Of a DNA stretch of 64,000 nucleotides, positions 41,258-53,493 are shown one piece after another. A program made the position numbers and the translations under genes. Position 1 is the stretch's first letter. The number at the start of each line of letters is the position of its first letter. This DNA is from Antedon mediterranea (lineage: Eukaryota > Animalia > Echinodermata). The notes beneath the pieces were generated by a model, which saw only the letters and a program-made list of their open reading frames with translations, was not told the origin of the DNA and did no database searches. The stretch lies in contig NC_092678.1 in assembly GCF_964355755.1 (NCBI RefSeq), forward strand, positions 884,422 through 948,421, read 5' to 3'.

Positions 41258-44200
41258 ATGGAGAGTTATAAGCAACTATTTTTATACATTGGAGTGTTTA
41301 CTGCTGTTGTACTTTTTGCAACCGTTGACGCAACTTATTCTTCCAAGAAGTCAAGTAAGTATTAATGACAACATGCATTCTTTAGTCATAATAATTTGTT
41401 TAAAGAAAATCTAAGACTGTGATAAGGGGTCCTATGCCAGTGGGATGTGATAAGGGGTCCTATGCCAGTGTGATATAATGACAAACAATGCATGTTTGAC
41501 AAGGGGCATGTTTGACAAGGGGCACAGTTGACGAAAACTCTAACGAGAAAGTTCCGTTAAACGACGACAAGGACTATGTTCGATGATGGGTCTAGTTATA
41601 AACGAGAGGTCCAGTCGACACGAAGACTCTGTTCGACGAGAAGGTCCTGTTCGTCCGACGAGAACCTTGTCCGACGAGGGGGACTGTTCGACGATTGGGC
41701 TCAATCATTGGATCGGCATTATAGTGTCAACAACACCAATTAAATCAGTATATTATATAATGTCTCCACCAAGGTTGTTAGGTAAGCTGAATTTGTTGTA
41801 AACGAGGGGGGCGTGATGTTGGCTATTTTGACCAGCCTCAACATCTATAAATATCTTTAATCTTCTAGAAACATGTTTTGATGGAGCACGTAACGTGACA
41901 TATCGATGTGTCAACGGTCATTGTGACCCATTAGCGGCATTCTCAAGGTGTGAATGTGATCCGGGTTACTACGGAAAATCTTGTGATAAACACGACAAAT
42001 CATGTAAGTTATCGTCATTTATAGTCTTGCGACGCGAGTATCATTCGCTATTTTGCTGTGTGTTAGTTATTGCCTTATTTACATGCAGATTCTTAGATCA
42101 CTTCCACATCTTCCTAGCATGCAAAGCTGCAGAGTTTAAACACACTGCGTGCGTTTTATATGGTGTGCGCGCGCGCCTCCCAGTGCGTGTAAAAACTCGG
42201 GAGTTTTGCCATGCGATGTGAAATAGGCCATTATTAGAACGTAGAGAATGAAACAGTTTTTATTTTCGTATTTGATATAGTTTTGAGAGAGTCTATAATT
42301 GGTCTGATCATCCTGATCCCAGTGCTCATATGGATTATATTAAGAGTGTATAATCGTAAGTTGCCATTTTGATTACTAAGCTTTCGCGCATTGAACAACG
42401 TGTTATATCGTAGCCTATGGGCTTTAAAGTGACCCTGGCGTTTTTTTATATTTGCATTGCATTTGGCAGAAGGCTGGATTATAAATAAATGTAATCTGAA
42501 AAGTCAAATATGAACAACGCCTCAAGACAAAGTTGGTTGTCACTTTCATGAAAACTGTATTTAAATGAGACTATTTCAAAATAACATGAAAAGAGACACA
42601 ACAATTTAAAACGCGCGTTTAAATATTGATGAAATATTAAGGTACGCGGGCGTCAACTTTGTACGTAGTCACTGTGAATCACAGTGACTACGTGATGCAT
42701 TTAAAAATAAGTTGTACGATTAACAATGGTCGCACGTATCGATGAGTTTGTATTTTCTAATATAAGGGTTATTTAACTAATTCAAGTCACAACTAGAATG
42801 TGATCGTCTTAATTAGTATTGATACAAAACAAAATGAAGAGTCTTTATTTTAAAAGATAACATGCCTACGACCTTTCAATGAATGTTTAAGTAGCAAACA
42901 GGAAACGTGCAAATGCATTGCTTATTTATAATGATAATATGCCTGCAGGTTTACAACTTATATTACTTATTATTATAATATGAACTTGTCAAAATAATGT
43001 CAAATTGGTACATTATTTTCAAGTCCTTAACGATACAAACAATTTGCTTTAAAAGAAAGCCAATAAGTTAAGGTGAATTTGTTATTAACACGACAAAAAG
43101 GGCACTGTAGGCCTACTATCACAAGCGATTCATCAAGTCGCGACGATTGAGCAAATTACTTGCGCTGCGCTTATTATATTGCGTTGCGTAGTGGAATGGA
43201 AAACGGGTGGGGCATGCACATTTATTGTAAGGGCATTTGCGCGCATAGTAGGTAGCGTTGCGTCGCTAGTGGGAACTACGCTTTAACAAGTTTTATTCGC
43301 GGCGCTCGTTTTATTTCACGTGTGTTGTTAAATGTTTCTATTATTTTTGTATGGTTATTTTAAGGAGTCTTTGTTTCCTTAACACGATGAATCATCAGAT
43401 TATTGCTTTATATAACAATTATTCACTCACTCAGTCCATCATAATAAACATCTGCTTTGTACAAAGTCATTGTATTTATCCTTTTAATCTCATCAATGCT
43501 ATAATAATAATATATGTACATTGCAAATTAAGGTAGATGTAATATTTCACTAGTCTCCTTGATATATCATTGTACGTGGAATAGAAACCCAAAGGTAGTA
43601 GGCCTAAGGTGGGGGGGGGGGGGGGGGAGGGCACCGCCAAGTTCCGTTTACCACTATTAAGGTGGGGGTATCGGGACACCGCCCAGTTCCGTTTACCACT
43701 ATTAAGGTGGGGGTATCGGGACACCGCCCAGTTCCGTTTACCACTATTAAGGTGGGGGTATCGGGGCACCGCCCAGTTCCGTTTACCACTATTAAGGTGG
43801 GGGTATCGGGACACCGCCCAGTTCCGTTTACCACTATTTCTTGTCAAATTAATCGAATCGAATCCCGTCCCAGATTTTGATTTGATGAGTTAGAAGACAT
43901 TATTTTATAAATTACTAATTAAAATTTTTTTATTTTATAATTTTAGGAAAGCATAGAATTTCCCGCAACAGTTTAATACGTAAGCGACAACGTCCTAGAA
44001 GTACAAGACGTTCGGTCGAAGACGGTCATCGTAGGGACAACGACGACGGCAACAGCCAACCCGTCGACGGCGGCGACAACCCTCCGAACTACACGGAAGC
44101 AGTAAATAGCCCGGATGGTACATTATCACAACACCCGTACCCATTATTTATGATGTCATCGACGACGCAAACAGACACATTTATTTTACCAAGTTATGAT

Positions 44201-44260
44201 GACGTATTGAAAGAGAAAGAACAACATGAAGGAGGAGGAGGAGGAGAAACGACGAAATAG
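41258..44260 (+). CDS. Small type-I membrane protein B: signal peptide, single EGF, TM, PPxY/LPxY (about 206 aa)
   Basis: Exons 41258-41354 (MESYKQLFLYIGVFTAVVLFATVDA), 41869-42003 (CFDGARNVTYRCVNGHCDPLAAFSRCECDPGYYGKSC), 42281-42355 (TM IIGLIILIPVLIWIIL) and 43947-44260 (basic stop-transfer, PPNYTEAV, LPSYDDV). All introns are phase 1 with gtaag donors. Confidence 0.87.
43629..43838. repeat. 45-bp minisatellite, about 4.5 copies, preceded by a poly-G run
   Basis: Unit caccgcccagttccgtttaccactattaaggtgggggtatcggga. Confidence 0.95.
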
Positions 44261-44275
44261 TTTATTGGCCACAAT

Positions 44276-44433
44276 GCGTGGTTGCCACTAGAGACGCAAC
44301 GTATGGACGTACGCGCAGCGCAAGCGAGTTGGCCAATGACAAGCAACTGTTCGAATAACCCATCGCTTGTAATTGGTCAAATCACTTGCGTTGTGTTACG
44401 TCCTTGCGTTGCGTCGCTAGTGGCAACCGAGCT
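44276..44433. mobile_element. MITE family A, full copy just after the stop codon of gene B
   Basis: gcgtggttgccactag...ctagtggcaaccgagct termini. Confidence 0.8.
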
Positions 44434-44590
44434 TTAAGACTATGGTAAAATGTAGTAACAAAGAATGTGTGTTGTCATTGTTAAATTAATCGCAAATAAA
44501 GCAATAAGGGAACGATTTCTGGATTATATAATTTTATAATATCAAAGCATTCAAATATTACAATTGGACGTTCAGGGATTTACTCGTTAA

Positions 44591-44758
44591 AGCGTGGTTC
44601 CCACTAGCGACGCAACGCAAGGACGTAACGCAACGACCAATCACAAGTGATGGCTTATTCGCTTGTGATTGCTAACTGTCTATAACTTCGCTTGTCATTG
44701 GTTAAAACGCTTGCGTTGCGTTTACGTCCTTGCGTTACGTTCTAGTGGGAACCAAGCT
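44591..44758. mobile_element. MITE family A, full copy
   Basis: TAA-agcgtggttcccactag...ctagtgggaaccaagct-TTA. Confidence 0.85.
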
Positions 44759-45369
44759 TTATAGATAGTCACCGAAAACAACACTATGTCATATATATCG
44801 GAAGAGAAAGAAAGATACACGGACAGAATACATTAATCATTGTAATATACGCAAGGAAATAATAAAACGAAACGAACGCTTATTATTGATTGTTTTTGTG
44901 TGTTCTATCTCATGGTATATGTGAATTCCCTATAATAGGAATGATTATTTTAAGAGTAGGCCTACTACAAAACTTTATATTATAATATAAATTATAATGT
45001 TCTGCCGTACTATTAAAATAATTTTAATTTTATCTCCTAAATTATTTTCAATCAACTGTTGACATCACACTACATATTATATATTTATTTATATATATCT
45101 CTATAAAAAATATTTGGTTGTATCGTAATTCTAACTGTTGTCTACATATTTTTTGATATTAGTAACACATTCGAAGTTACGTATATATATAATAGACAAA
45201 AACGCCACCATCTTCATGCCCTTAAAATAATCACTATAATTAAATAAACGGATGAACAAATATTACATAGGCCTACAAGATTATTAAATATTAACAAATA
45301 AAACGCTGCGGTTTTATTATCACTAACTATTATACCGCCCTCTATCGGTTTATTTTGAACTGTGCCCAT

Positions 45370-45555
45370 CCATGCATTACTTCCGCGATGATGTAACGTT
45401 TATTTACAACACGGTAGATACAATCAACAGAGAATTGCACAACGGTTGAGAAATACATAACATATAAAAATGATCGAAATAACTTCAGCAACAGCCAAAT
45501 CATTTTACACACACACATACTATACACAGAGAAGAACCCACCGACAACTGTAAGT
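45370..45555 (+). promoter_or_regulatory. Probable promoter and 5' UTR exon of the RBR gene
   Basis: ETS-like ACTTCCG at about 45379 and a gtaagt donor at 45550. An AG acceptor precedes the ATG exon (about 45818). Confidence 0.4.
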
Positions 45556-45844
45556 ATTTCTATTGAGCTATAAATATTATGAAACTGACTGAAACTACTT
45601 AATATAATATTAATAATAAAGGCTAGGCTGCAGTAGTGTTGTGTAGACAAGGCACAGTGTTTTAGGAATATAAATTGTCTATACTAGCTCTAGAAGAAAA
45701 CAACTTTAGCTTTAGAAACTATAAGAATAAGAAAGGAAACTACAGCAATGTCGGTTTATACAGATAGATAGCAATTTCAGGTATTAAACGAAAAACTAAA
45801 TATTTTACATTTCCATAGAAAAGTAAACAAAAACTATTATTATC

Positions 45845-48800
45845 ATGGGGCAAAAACGTCAAAAATTTGGCCGTACAACCGGAGCAACGTTGAGACGACA
45901 TCGTGGAGCATTCTTCTACAATTACCATGATTCAGAGGTTGGTCTGATACAAAAGCAAGTAGAATATAACAACAATGTAATTGAGTACGCAGAAAAAGAA
46001 GAGATATTGACAGAATTTGAAGAACAATTTGAAGATGGAGGATTAGAAGTTGGAAACCGTCCTGGCCGAGGTAAATTAATTTACTTGTTTACTTACAGCA
46101 GAATAAAATCACATTAATACATATCCACCTATTCAACAACAATACTTCTGTATCTGTAACAGTTGTATTTATTTTGCAGTCTCAGACATGTTTTCTGTTT
46201 TATAAAGCTCGGTCTACACTATCAAACTTTATGTGATGTGCACATATCTATACATGATGATGTCATTTCACTACCATATTTGGGAATATCACACTTCTTT
46301 GTCAAACTAGTTTGATAGTGCAGACAGAGCTTTAAAACACATTACTTGTAACGTTTGTTCTTTCTTTTCAGATCACACAATTCCCTACTCCCTTAATAAA
46401 CACAAGCGCTGGCAGTTACCAAACCTTTTAAAGGAAAATATTAAATTTGATAGTTCGCACGAGACAAACAAATTTGAAGTAGTTTTAGTTGAAAACAGCG
46501 TGGGCTATTTTGGTAAATACCGAACAGATTGCATTGGGATCCATAAAAGTAAAGGAGAAATTCACTCAAAGACGCCACGCAAGAGGTACGCCCTCGCACG
46601 TAACCTATTAGAAGCGGAGGAAAACGCAAAAGTATCAAACGCTAAAAGAAATAGCGGAAATCGCAAGAAACGTACGATTAATCAAGTTGAGGAGGTTGAA
46701 ATGCCAAAACCACTTCCACGTCTAAAGTACGAAATCTCTTATGAACGATCAAGAGACCAATTTCCAAACTTTAAAACTAGAGATTACAACCGACATTGCA
46801 GAGGTAAATAAAATATTAATTTTTGAGTGAAATTTATCATTTCTTTTGCTGGTTTCACAACACATTATTTAGTTTATTCTGTTTTTGTATATACTTTTTA
46901 AATATTTATTATATTGTTTGGGACCCATGGTTTCCTTTTGGGCTGTCAAATTTTTAATAAATAAATGTTTTAGGTTATTCATATATGTAATTATTTTCTC
47001 ATTTATTTTCTTTTTAGATATAGGAAAAGTAGAAGTTAGAGACACCTGTAAGAAAACTCAAAACACGTTTTTCAACTCAGAAAAAATGGCAGCAGAAGAC
47101 GCCCCTGAATATTGCGATCACTTTGACACTGATGACGGTTACCTAGGTGATGAAGAAAGCATGATCTATGTGCGAGATTCAGAATCACAAGCACCATCTT
47201 TAGGAGACTTTATTAATATTCTTAAAAAACCAACAAAATCACAAAAATCAGTCAAATTAAAAAAAGATTTGAAATGTGAGGAAAGGAAAAATACAAGAAA
47301 AGATAGAAAATACTTCATAACTCCACCAGCTACACCTACTACTACCACAAATACTGAGGCACATGCACCTGATGAAGTGGTAACCAATACGGTAGCCAAC
47401 AGCGTTCCAACAATCTCACCAACAAGATCAATACTCATCCAGAAGCCTTGCACTACATCTGAAAACTTGACTCAATCATTCGGAAATGACTACATAGAGG
47501 GCGCTAGTACACCACGAAAGTTTATAATTGACGTGACATCACATCTTCTTGAGATCCTTAAAGAACGAAGAATGGAGAAATCTTGCAAGGAAATCAAGAA
47601 AATGGGGAAAAGAATCTTTGTCATTTTTTCTAACGATACAGAGGGGTTCACAAATTATTCATGGGCCGAGAACGAAGAGTCGTCTATTGAAGAAGTCGAA
47701 GAATTTAGGTTGGTCATTTTATTTGTTTAAATTCTAAATCAACAGTGGACGAGGTCTACATGACACAAATCCTAATATTACAACAGTATAAAATATGTTT
47801 AACATCAAATGTTTAATTATCACAGAGTTCGCTTGTTTGGGTTGAACACCACCGCCGATGAATTACTGATGAGTAACTTGCTGCAGAAAGACAACAGAAG
47901 CTTCTCTGTTACAGACATCATTGCCGTAGTCAAGGAGATTATGAAGCAGTTGCCAGAAAACTTGTAAGTACATTTCATCCTGCATTTCCTATTCTGTCAC
48001 GTTTACACAATGTTCTGTTGAACTATAAATGTACTTGATGTTGTTTTTTGCAGGATTTACACGGACGTCAAAACGTTGAATAATCCTCTGTCGCATCTTT
48101 CCTTCAAATCACTTCAAACCCATCTACAACAAGTGTCAGAGGTTATAAGCCCAAATGACCTGTATCAGAGACATGCTAAAACAGTACCACCAAAGGTAAG
48201 TTTACAATCTAAAATACTTTCATTACTGTATGCTATGTTTCTGAGAGTAGGCTCATACATAACTTTCGTTTTGATATTTGGGAATCTACAAAGAGTTTTT
48301 TGTTCCTTAGATTACGACAGAAATTGTGCAGCAACCAGACACATGTGGAATCTGCTATGCTGATCTGCTGCCCTCTAATGGTGGAGTATCCGCAAGTGCT
48401 TTGAACTCGTGTCAGCATTGGTTTTGCGAAGAATGCTGGAGATGCCACATTCGAACAAGAATTGGACGAGGTGATTGCACCATCCTGTGTCCAGTAAGTC
48501 ATAAAATGAATTGGACGAGGTGATTGCACCATCCTGTGTCCAGTAAGTCATAAAATGAATTGGACGAGGTGATTGCACCATCCTGTGTCCAGTAAGTCAT
48601 AAAATGGAATTAATATTTTATGACACAAGTTGACAGTGAGAACCATTCTTTTCATACATGACCTGATTTGAACCCATGACTCTCGGATTGTAAAATAAGC
48701 ACTAATCTATATGACCCCAATTAGAACCATCTATTACTATTTCTTTCAAACTGTAGGAATACAAATGTGACGTTATCGTTGCCACGCCAACATTAATGTC

Positions 48801-51322
48801 ATTTACAACAACTGAACAATTCCAAAACCACACTACTCACAAGGAAATCAGAATGGTGGAAAGTGATCCAACATGGATTTGGTGTCCAGAACCGAATTGC
48901 GGTTACGTAGGGCGAGTGCAGCTGAGCAGAGACATGGAACAAGGGTTTGTTCCTTGCGAGTGCGGAAAATCTTGGTGTTTAGAATGTAAAGGCGACGTAC
49001 ATTGGCCAGCACTCTGTAAACAAGCTCACGAGTATGTCAGGACAATTAAAAAAATGGGTCAGTTTAAAACTAGTATTATTTCTAGTAAATTAATTCTACT
49101 GTATCATTCATTCATCTTTTTGCCCGAAAGCTCTGCTAACTTTTCTGGCTGGTTACTTTATCGTTTTGATTTTTTTTTTTTTTTTTTGTATCTCCATTGA
49201 GATCCAGCCACTGATACCCACAGCATTGTCAATTGTTCCAGTAATTTGCCTTTGGATTTATATATATATATAGATATATAAAAAAAAACCTACACCACAT
49301 AGTCATGTTGTTAGAACAAATGTTAGTCATTTACTATATGAGTGACAAAACAATTGAAAGATAGCATATTGTCATTTTCTATATGAGTGACAAAACAATT
49401 GAAAGATAGCATATTGTCTGTAACCTCCGTCAGACACCAGAAAAAAACAACCTACAATCCTTATATTTCAGAATAAATACAAATTTAAGAACAATACTGT
49501 TATTTTCATTGCATAAATATTTTACATATTGTAATTTTTCAGAGTCAGACAAGCGAGAACACAGAATCTCCTCTGTACAAGTTAAACGGTGTCCACACTG
49601 TAAACGAGCTATGGAGAAGAACGGTGGATGTCCTAATATGGTGTGTGTTTGTGGCAAGAGCTTCTGCTGGGTTTGTTTAAGGCCTCACTACTATTCACCA
49701 TCCTGCAACCAAGCAGCTAAAACTCATGAAGTGAGTCTTATTCAGATATTTAGTTTCATTTAATTACGATATAGGACAATGGTTTGATTTCCGTGATTCA
49801 ACTGGTAGAGAATACCGGGATGCAACCCTCTACCCTTCTCTTTTTTTAATTATGCACATTTGACAGTATAAATAAACTGTTTATAGGCCAAATGACTTGT
49901 TCAAGTAGTCGAGAGTAAAAGTTAATAAGAGTGTTGACGTTCATATTTTGCAGGTCGTTGAACTGTACCCAGTAGCCCTTGGCGTTACTAAGGATGAGAT
50001 TCTCACCAAAGCTACAGATTTCAGGAAGTTGTCAACCAAATCAATATTCACTAAAATTGAGAGAGGCGTCATTCGATTACTTACTAAAATGGTAATTATT
50101 CTTTGATGTGTGGTCGCCATAAAACAAGGATGATGCAACGCAAGCAAGTTGACCAATGACAAGCAACAGTTTGAATAATCCACCGCTTGTGATTGGTCAA
50201 ACCGTTTGCATTGCATTACATTCTGCCATTGTGTCTCCAGTGGAAACAAAGTATTAGGAATAAGATTAGTTATAAAATTTTGTATTTTTTTTTTTTCAAA
50301 GCATACAAAAGAAATCCGACAGAACTCCGACAAACCCACAATTGCCATCAAAAGTACTTCAACATCTGGTGAGATGAGGACATGCAGTTGGTGCAGCAAT
50401 GAAGAACATGACAAGATCCACAAAGAGGTGGTGACCATAGCACAAGAAATGGCAGAGTTCTATACAGAGGTATGTCTTTGATGAAGAAACAGAAAAAGTA
50501 CAGTATAGTACACAATGCATCACACAAGTTTAATATAAATATTCACAACTATGAACACATTTGCCGGCATACGTTGCAAACATGGCATTGTGAACATTCT
50601 CAGAGTAGTTGTAATTTATGATTTTTTCATACTGTTCTACAACCATAACATAGAGTGATCTTACATTTTAATTATTCTGCTTTTCAGACATATCATTTGT
50701 TGGAGTGGACATTCGTTTTTCTAGCTTTTATACCAACCAACAAAATATTGAGGGCGGTATCTAACAATGTTGCGCAACTTATCTTTATTCTCGAGATGAC
50801 GGATGAGGTTCGTACTTGATTCAATATTTGGTTTTATTAGGATGGCATAATTCAAATTGGATCAAACCTAAAAAGCTTGTCAACCAGGTTTGGTTTTTGG
50901 CAATAAATGTCAACAGGGGGAGGGGCATGATATTACAAGGTCGTACTAAGAGGTTAAAAAAGACGATGCATAGATGCTTTAGATATAATTATTAATATAA
51001 AATATGATGATCTGTGCTGGGGAATTGGGGTGGGTAGTGAAAATTAAAAATTTCAGACGAGGCACTTGCCTCATGCTGGCTGCGGACGTGCATTATTTAG
51101 TAAAAATAAGTTAATACATTTTTATTTAATTATTTCTAGATTATTACAAAACAGAGAGGTACTTCTGAGATGGAAACCAAGACAAAATTCAAGAAAATGT
51201 TGCAAAACGGCAAGAAATGTCGCCGATTGTTATATGAAACTATAAGCTGTAAAAGAAAGGAAGAACAATTACTAAATAGTGAAAGCATAAAAACTAAACA
51301 ATGGAAAACAAAAACAGTCTAG
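45845..51322 (+). CDS. RBR (RING1-IBR-RING2) E3 ubiquitin ligase, Ariadne-like, about 969 aa
   Basis: 12 phase-consistent exons totalling 2910 nt: 45845-46070, 46372-46803, 47018-47708, 47826-47963, 48054-48195, 48311-48493, 48757-49057, 49543-49730, 49954-50091, 50302-50469, 50688-50807, 51140-51322. RING1 CGIC..CQHWFCEEC..CPEYKC; IBR WCPEPNC..CECGKSWCLEC..HWPALC; RING2 CPHC..EKNGGCPNMVCVCGKSFCWVC; C-terminal LLEWTFVF resembles the Ariadne domain. Confidence 0.87.
46206..46331. mobile_element. MITE family B, full copy in an RBR intron
   Basis: TAA-agctcggtctacactatcaaac...gtttgatagtgcagacagagct-TTA. Confidence 0.8.
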
Positions 51323-51450
51323 CAATATTATTATTATTTAAATATATAGAGGTATTTATGAGATGGGAACAAAGACAAAATTCAACAAACTTTAGCAAGA
51401 AATGTCATTCAATGAAGGACATGCCAAGAAAATGACTGATACCAGCAGAT

Positions 51451-51559
51451 AACAAGGCCAACAGCCATAAGTCGCGTGCTAAAACGCATAGTGATACCGG
51501 ACCGACAGACCGACCGACCGACATAGTGAACTATAGAGTCGCGTCCACGCGACTAAAAA
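51451..51559 (-). mobile_element. Miniature Helentron-associated (DINE-1/HINE-like) element
   Basis: Minus strand reads TTTTT-AGTCGCGT..ACGCGACT, then a GTCG microsatellite, a second ACGCGACT and a short GGC..GCC stem, ending TTGTT. Confidence 0.6.
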
Positions 51560-52607
51560 CTAAAGTCTCGTAATATTATTTACAAGATAGATTATTTAAA
51601 AAAGGTCACAGGTATTTCTGAGATGGAAACCAAGACAAAAGTGTTAATATTAATTAGATATTTAAGCGCCAGTATAAGGGATTACATGGATGGATGGCAT
51701 TCTATTACACACTGGCAAAATCATTCCTGAATAGAACAAAATTTATTTCATTATTATTTGGAAAATAAATGGAAACCAAATAAAAACATACAGTATAAAT
51801 GTTCTACTACAGTATATATTTATTTGATTATAATTTAATACGGGTATTCAATTCTTTGTGCACAGGAAATAATACAGAAACCAAAAGGGAGAATATAAAC
51901 ATGCAGAGACATTATAATGCACTTTATGTACAGAAAGAGAAAAAGAAACAAAGCAGCTATATCTACAGCAGCAGGCCTTGTCTTTTAACACACTCCTAAA
52001 CTGCCCTTGAGGAGTGCGATTTACAACACGTTTAAATTTGGTAAACTTATACACACCAACATACAAACAGCACACCTGAATGTATTGAGGAGTGCAATTT
52101 GTAGCACACCAATGATTTTCAAAGGACAAGGCCTGTAACTAACCTAATAATTCACCTTACTTCTTATAGAGCAGGGTGTGTATATATTTTTATCAGTAGC
52201 ACACACTACGTAGTGGAACAAAATAAAACAAATGAATTAATATAATGAAAGAAAATACAGTATAAAAACACACACATAACTAAAAAAGAGCTTTGGAATA
52301 ATTGTTGTAAAAACGTTTTTTTTTTAATTTTATTTTTTGAAAATACTTTTTAATTCTATTCATAGAATAATTTGTTGTTTGAATAATATTGCCAAACAGT
52401 TAAAACTACTGTATCTAAATCATACCCTTCTGTCAACAAATGAATAGGTAAATAAGATATGCTTTGGTTTGCTATATGGAAACCTCAAGGGTCACCACCA
52501 AGTATCTGGCCGTAATATTACAATACATTTTTATACTATAATATAGCATATTTAAATAATATTAAGGAGTTTTCATCAGAACAAATAAAAAATAATGGTA
52601 AAGTTAA

Positions 52608-53208
52608 AGACACCTTCCCTACAATTTGTGACGTTTTGTAAAAATAATAAACCATGTCATTCCTTGTCTTAAATGTACGTTTTATGGTAAATTATGATAA
52701 AAAGTGAGAAACAATGCACTACCTAAGTAGCTCGCGGCGACTGACCTCTCGTGGACGGTCTTTAGGCCTAGCCTAGCTAGGCTTAATTTTGTAGGCCTAT
52801 CTGGTAAACATCGGTAACGTACAAACATCGTACGCTAGCTATATACCTAGCCTGACGTTGTATAGTTTCTGCATTAATTGTCTTTCTATTTTTGCCAGAC
52901 TCCATTGATGCAAATTGGGGAAAACCCGGTATTTTCGCTGAAAAGTTAGGAGTCTTCCATTTGTTTTGGCCTCGCGATCGATCGAAAAGTGGGTTAATTA
53001 CAGAAGAAAAGCAGAAATATCAATCCGTGCGCAATGCATTTTGGGATTTATAGCAGGCCCCTATAATTATTAGAATCGACTTATTTTTCACATTTTTAAC
53101 CATTTAAAGACGAAAAAAGATATCGCAATAGGACCATATGGTATTATTTTTACATTAAATATAGTTTGTGATCTTAAAATAGATCTAAAAAACGTAGGGA
53201 AGGTGTCT
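52608..53208. mobile_element. Non-autonomous DNA transposon with TTAA target duplication (Kolobok-like), 601 bp
   Basis: TTAA-AGACACCTTCCCTAC...GTAGGGAAGGTGTCT-TTAA: perfect 15-bp TIR with AG...CT ends. Confidence 0.8.
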
Positions 53209-53493
53209 TTAACCAAGGCAATCAGCATGCTGAGCTCTAGATATCAAAGGGTTTATCTGTGGCTGCGACACTATCAGTTCCATGCCCTCAACAAACACCC
53301 CGCAAAATGTACATAGTACAGTATTGTTGGTATTTGTTGCAGCCAGACATAAGATCAAAGGACTGTTACAAGTTCCTATCTTGGCAAGGCAAGCTCAGTG
53401 TCCTGTTATTAGATTGCCTTACATTACCTGTTTTTATTAAAGATTGAATACTTTGATGCTTAGCCACAACTTCAAAGTATTGAGGAGTGTAGT

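Noticed and set aside
43604-43893. Repetitive ORFs and poly-Pro/Gly next to a G run
   Set aside because: They derive from a 45-bp minisatellite and a G homopolymer within intron 3 of gene B.
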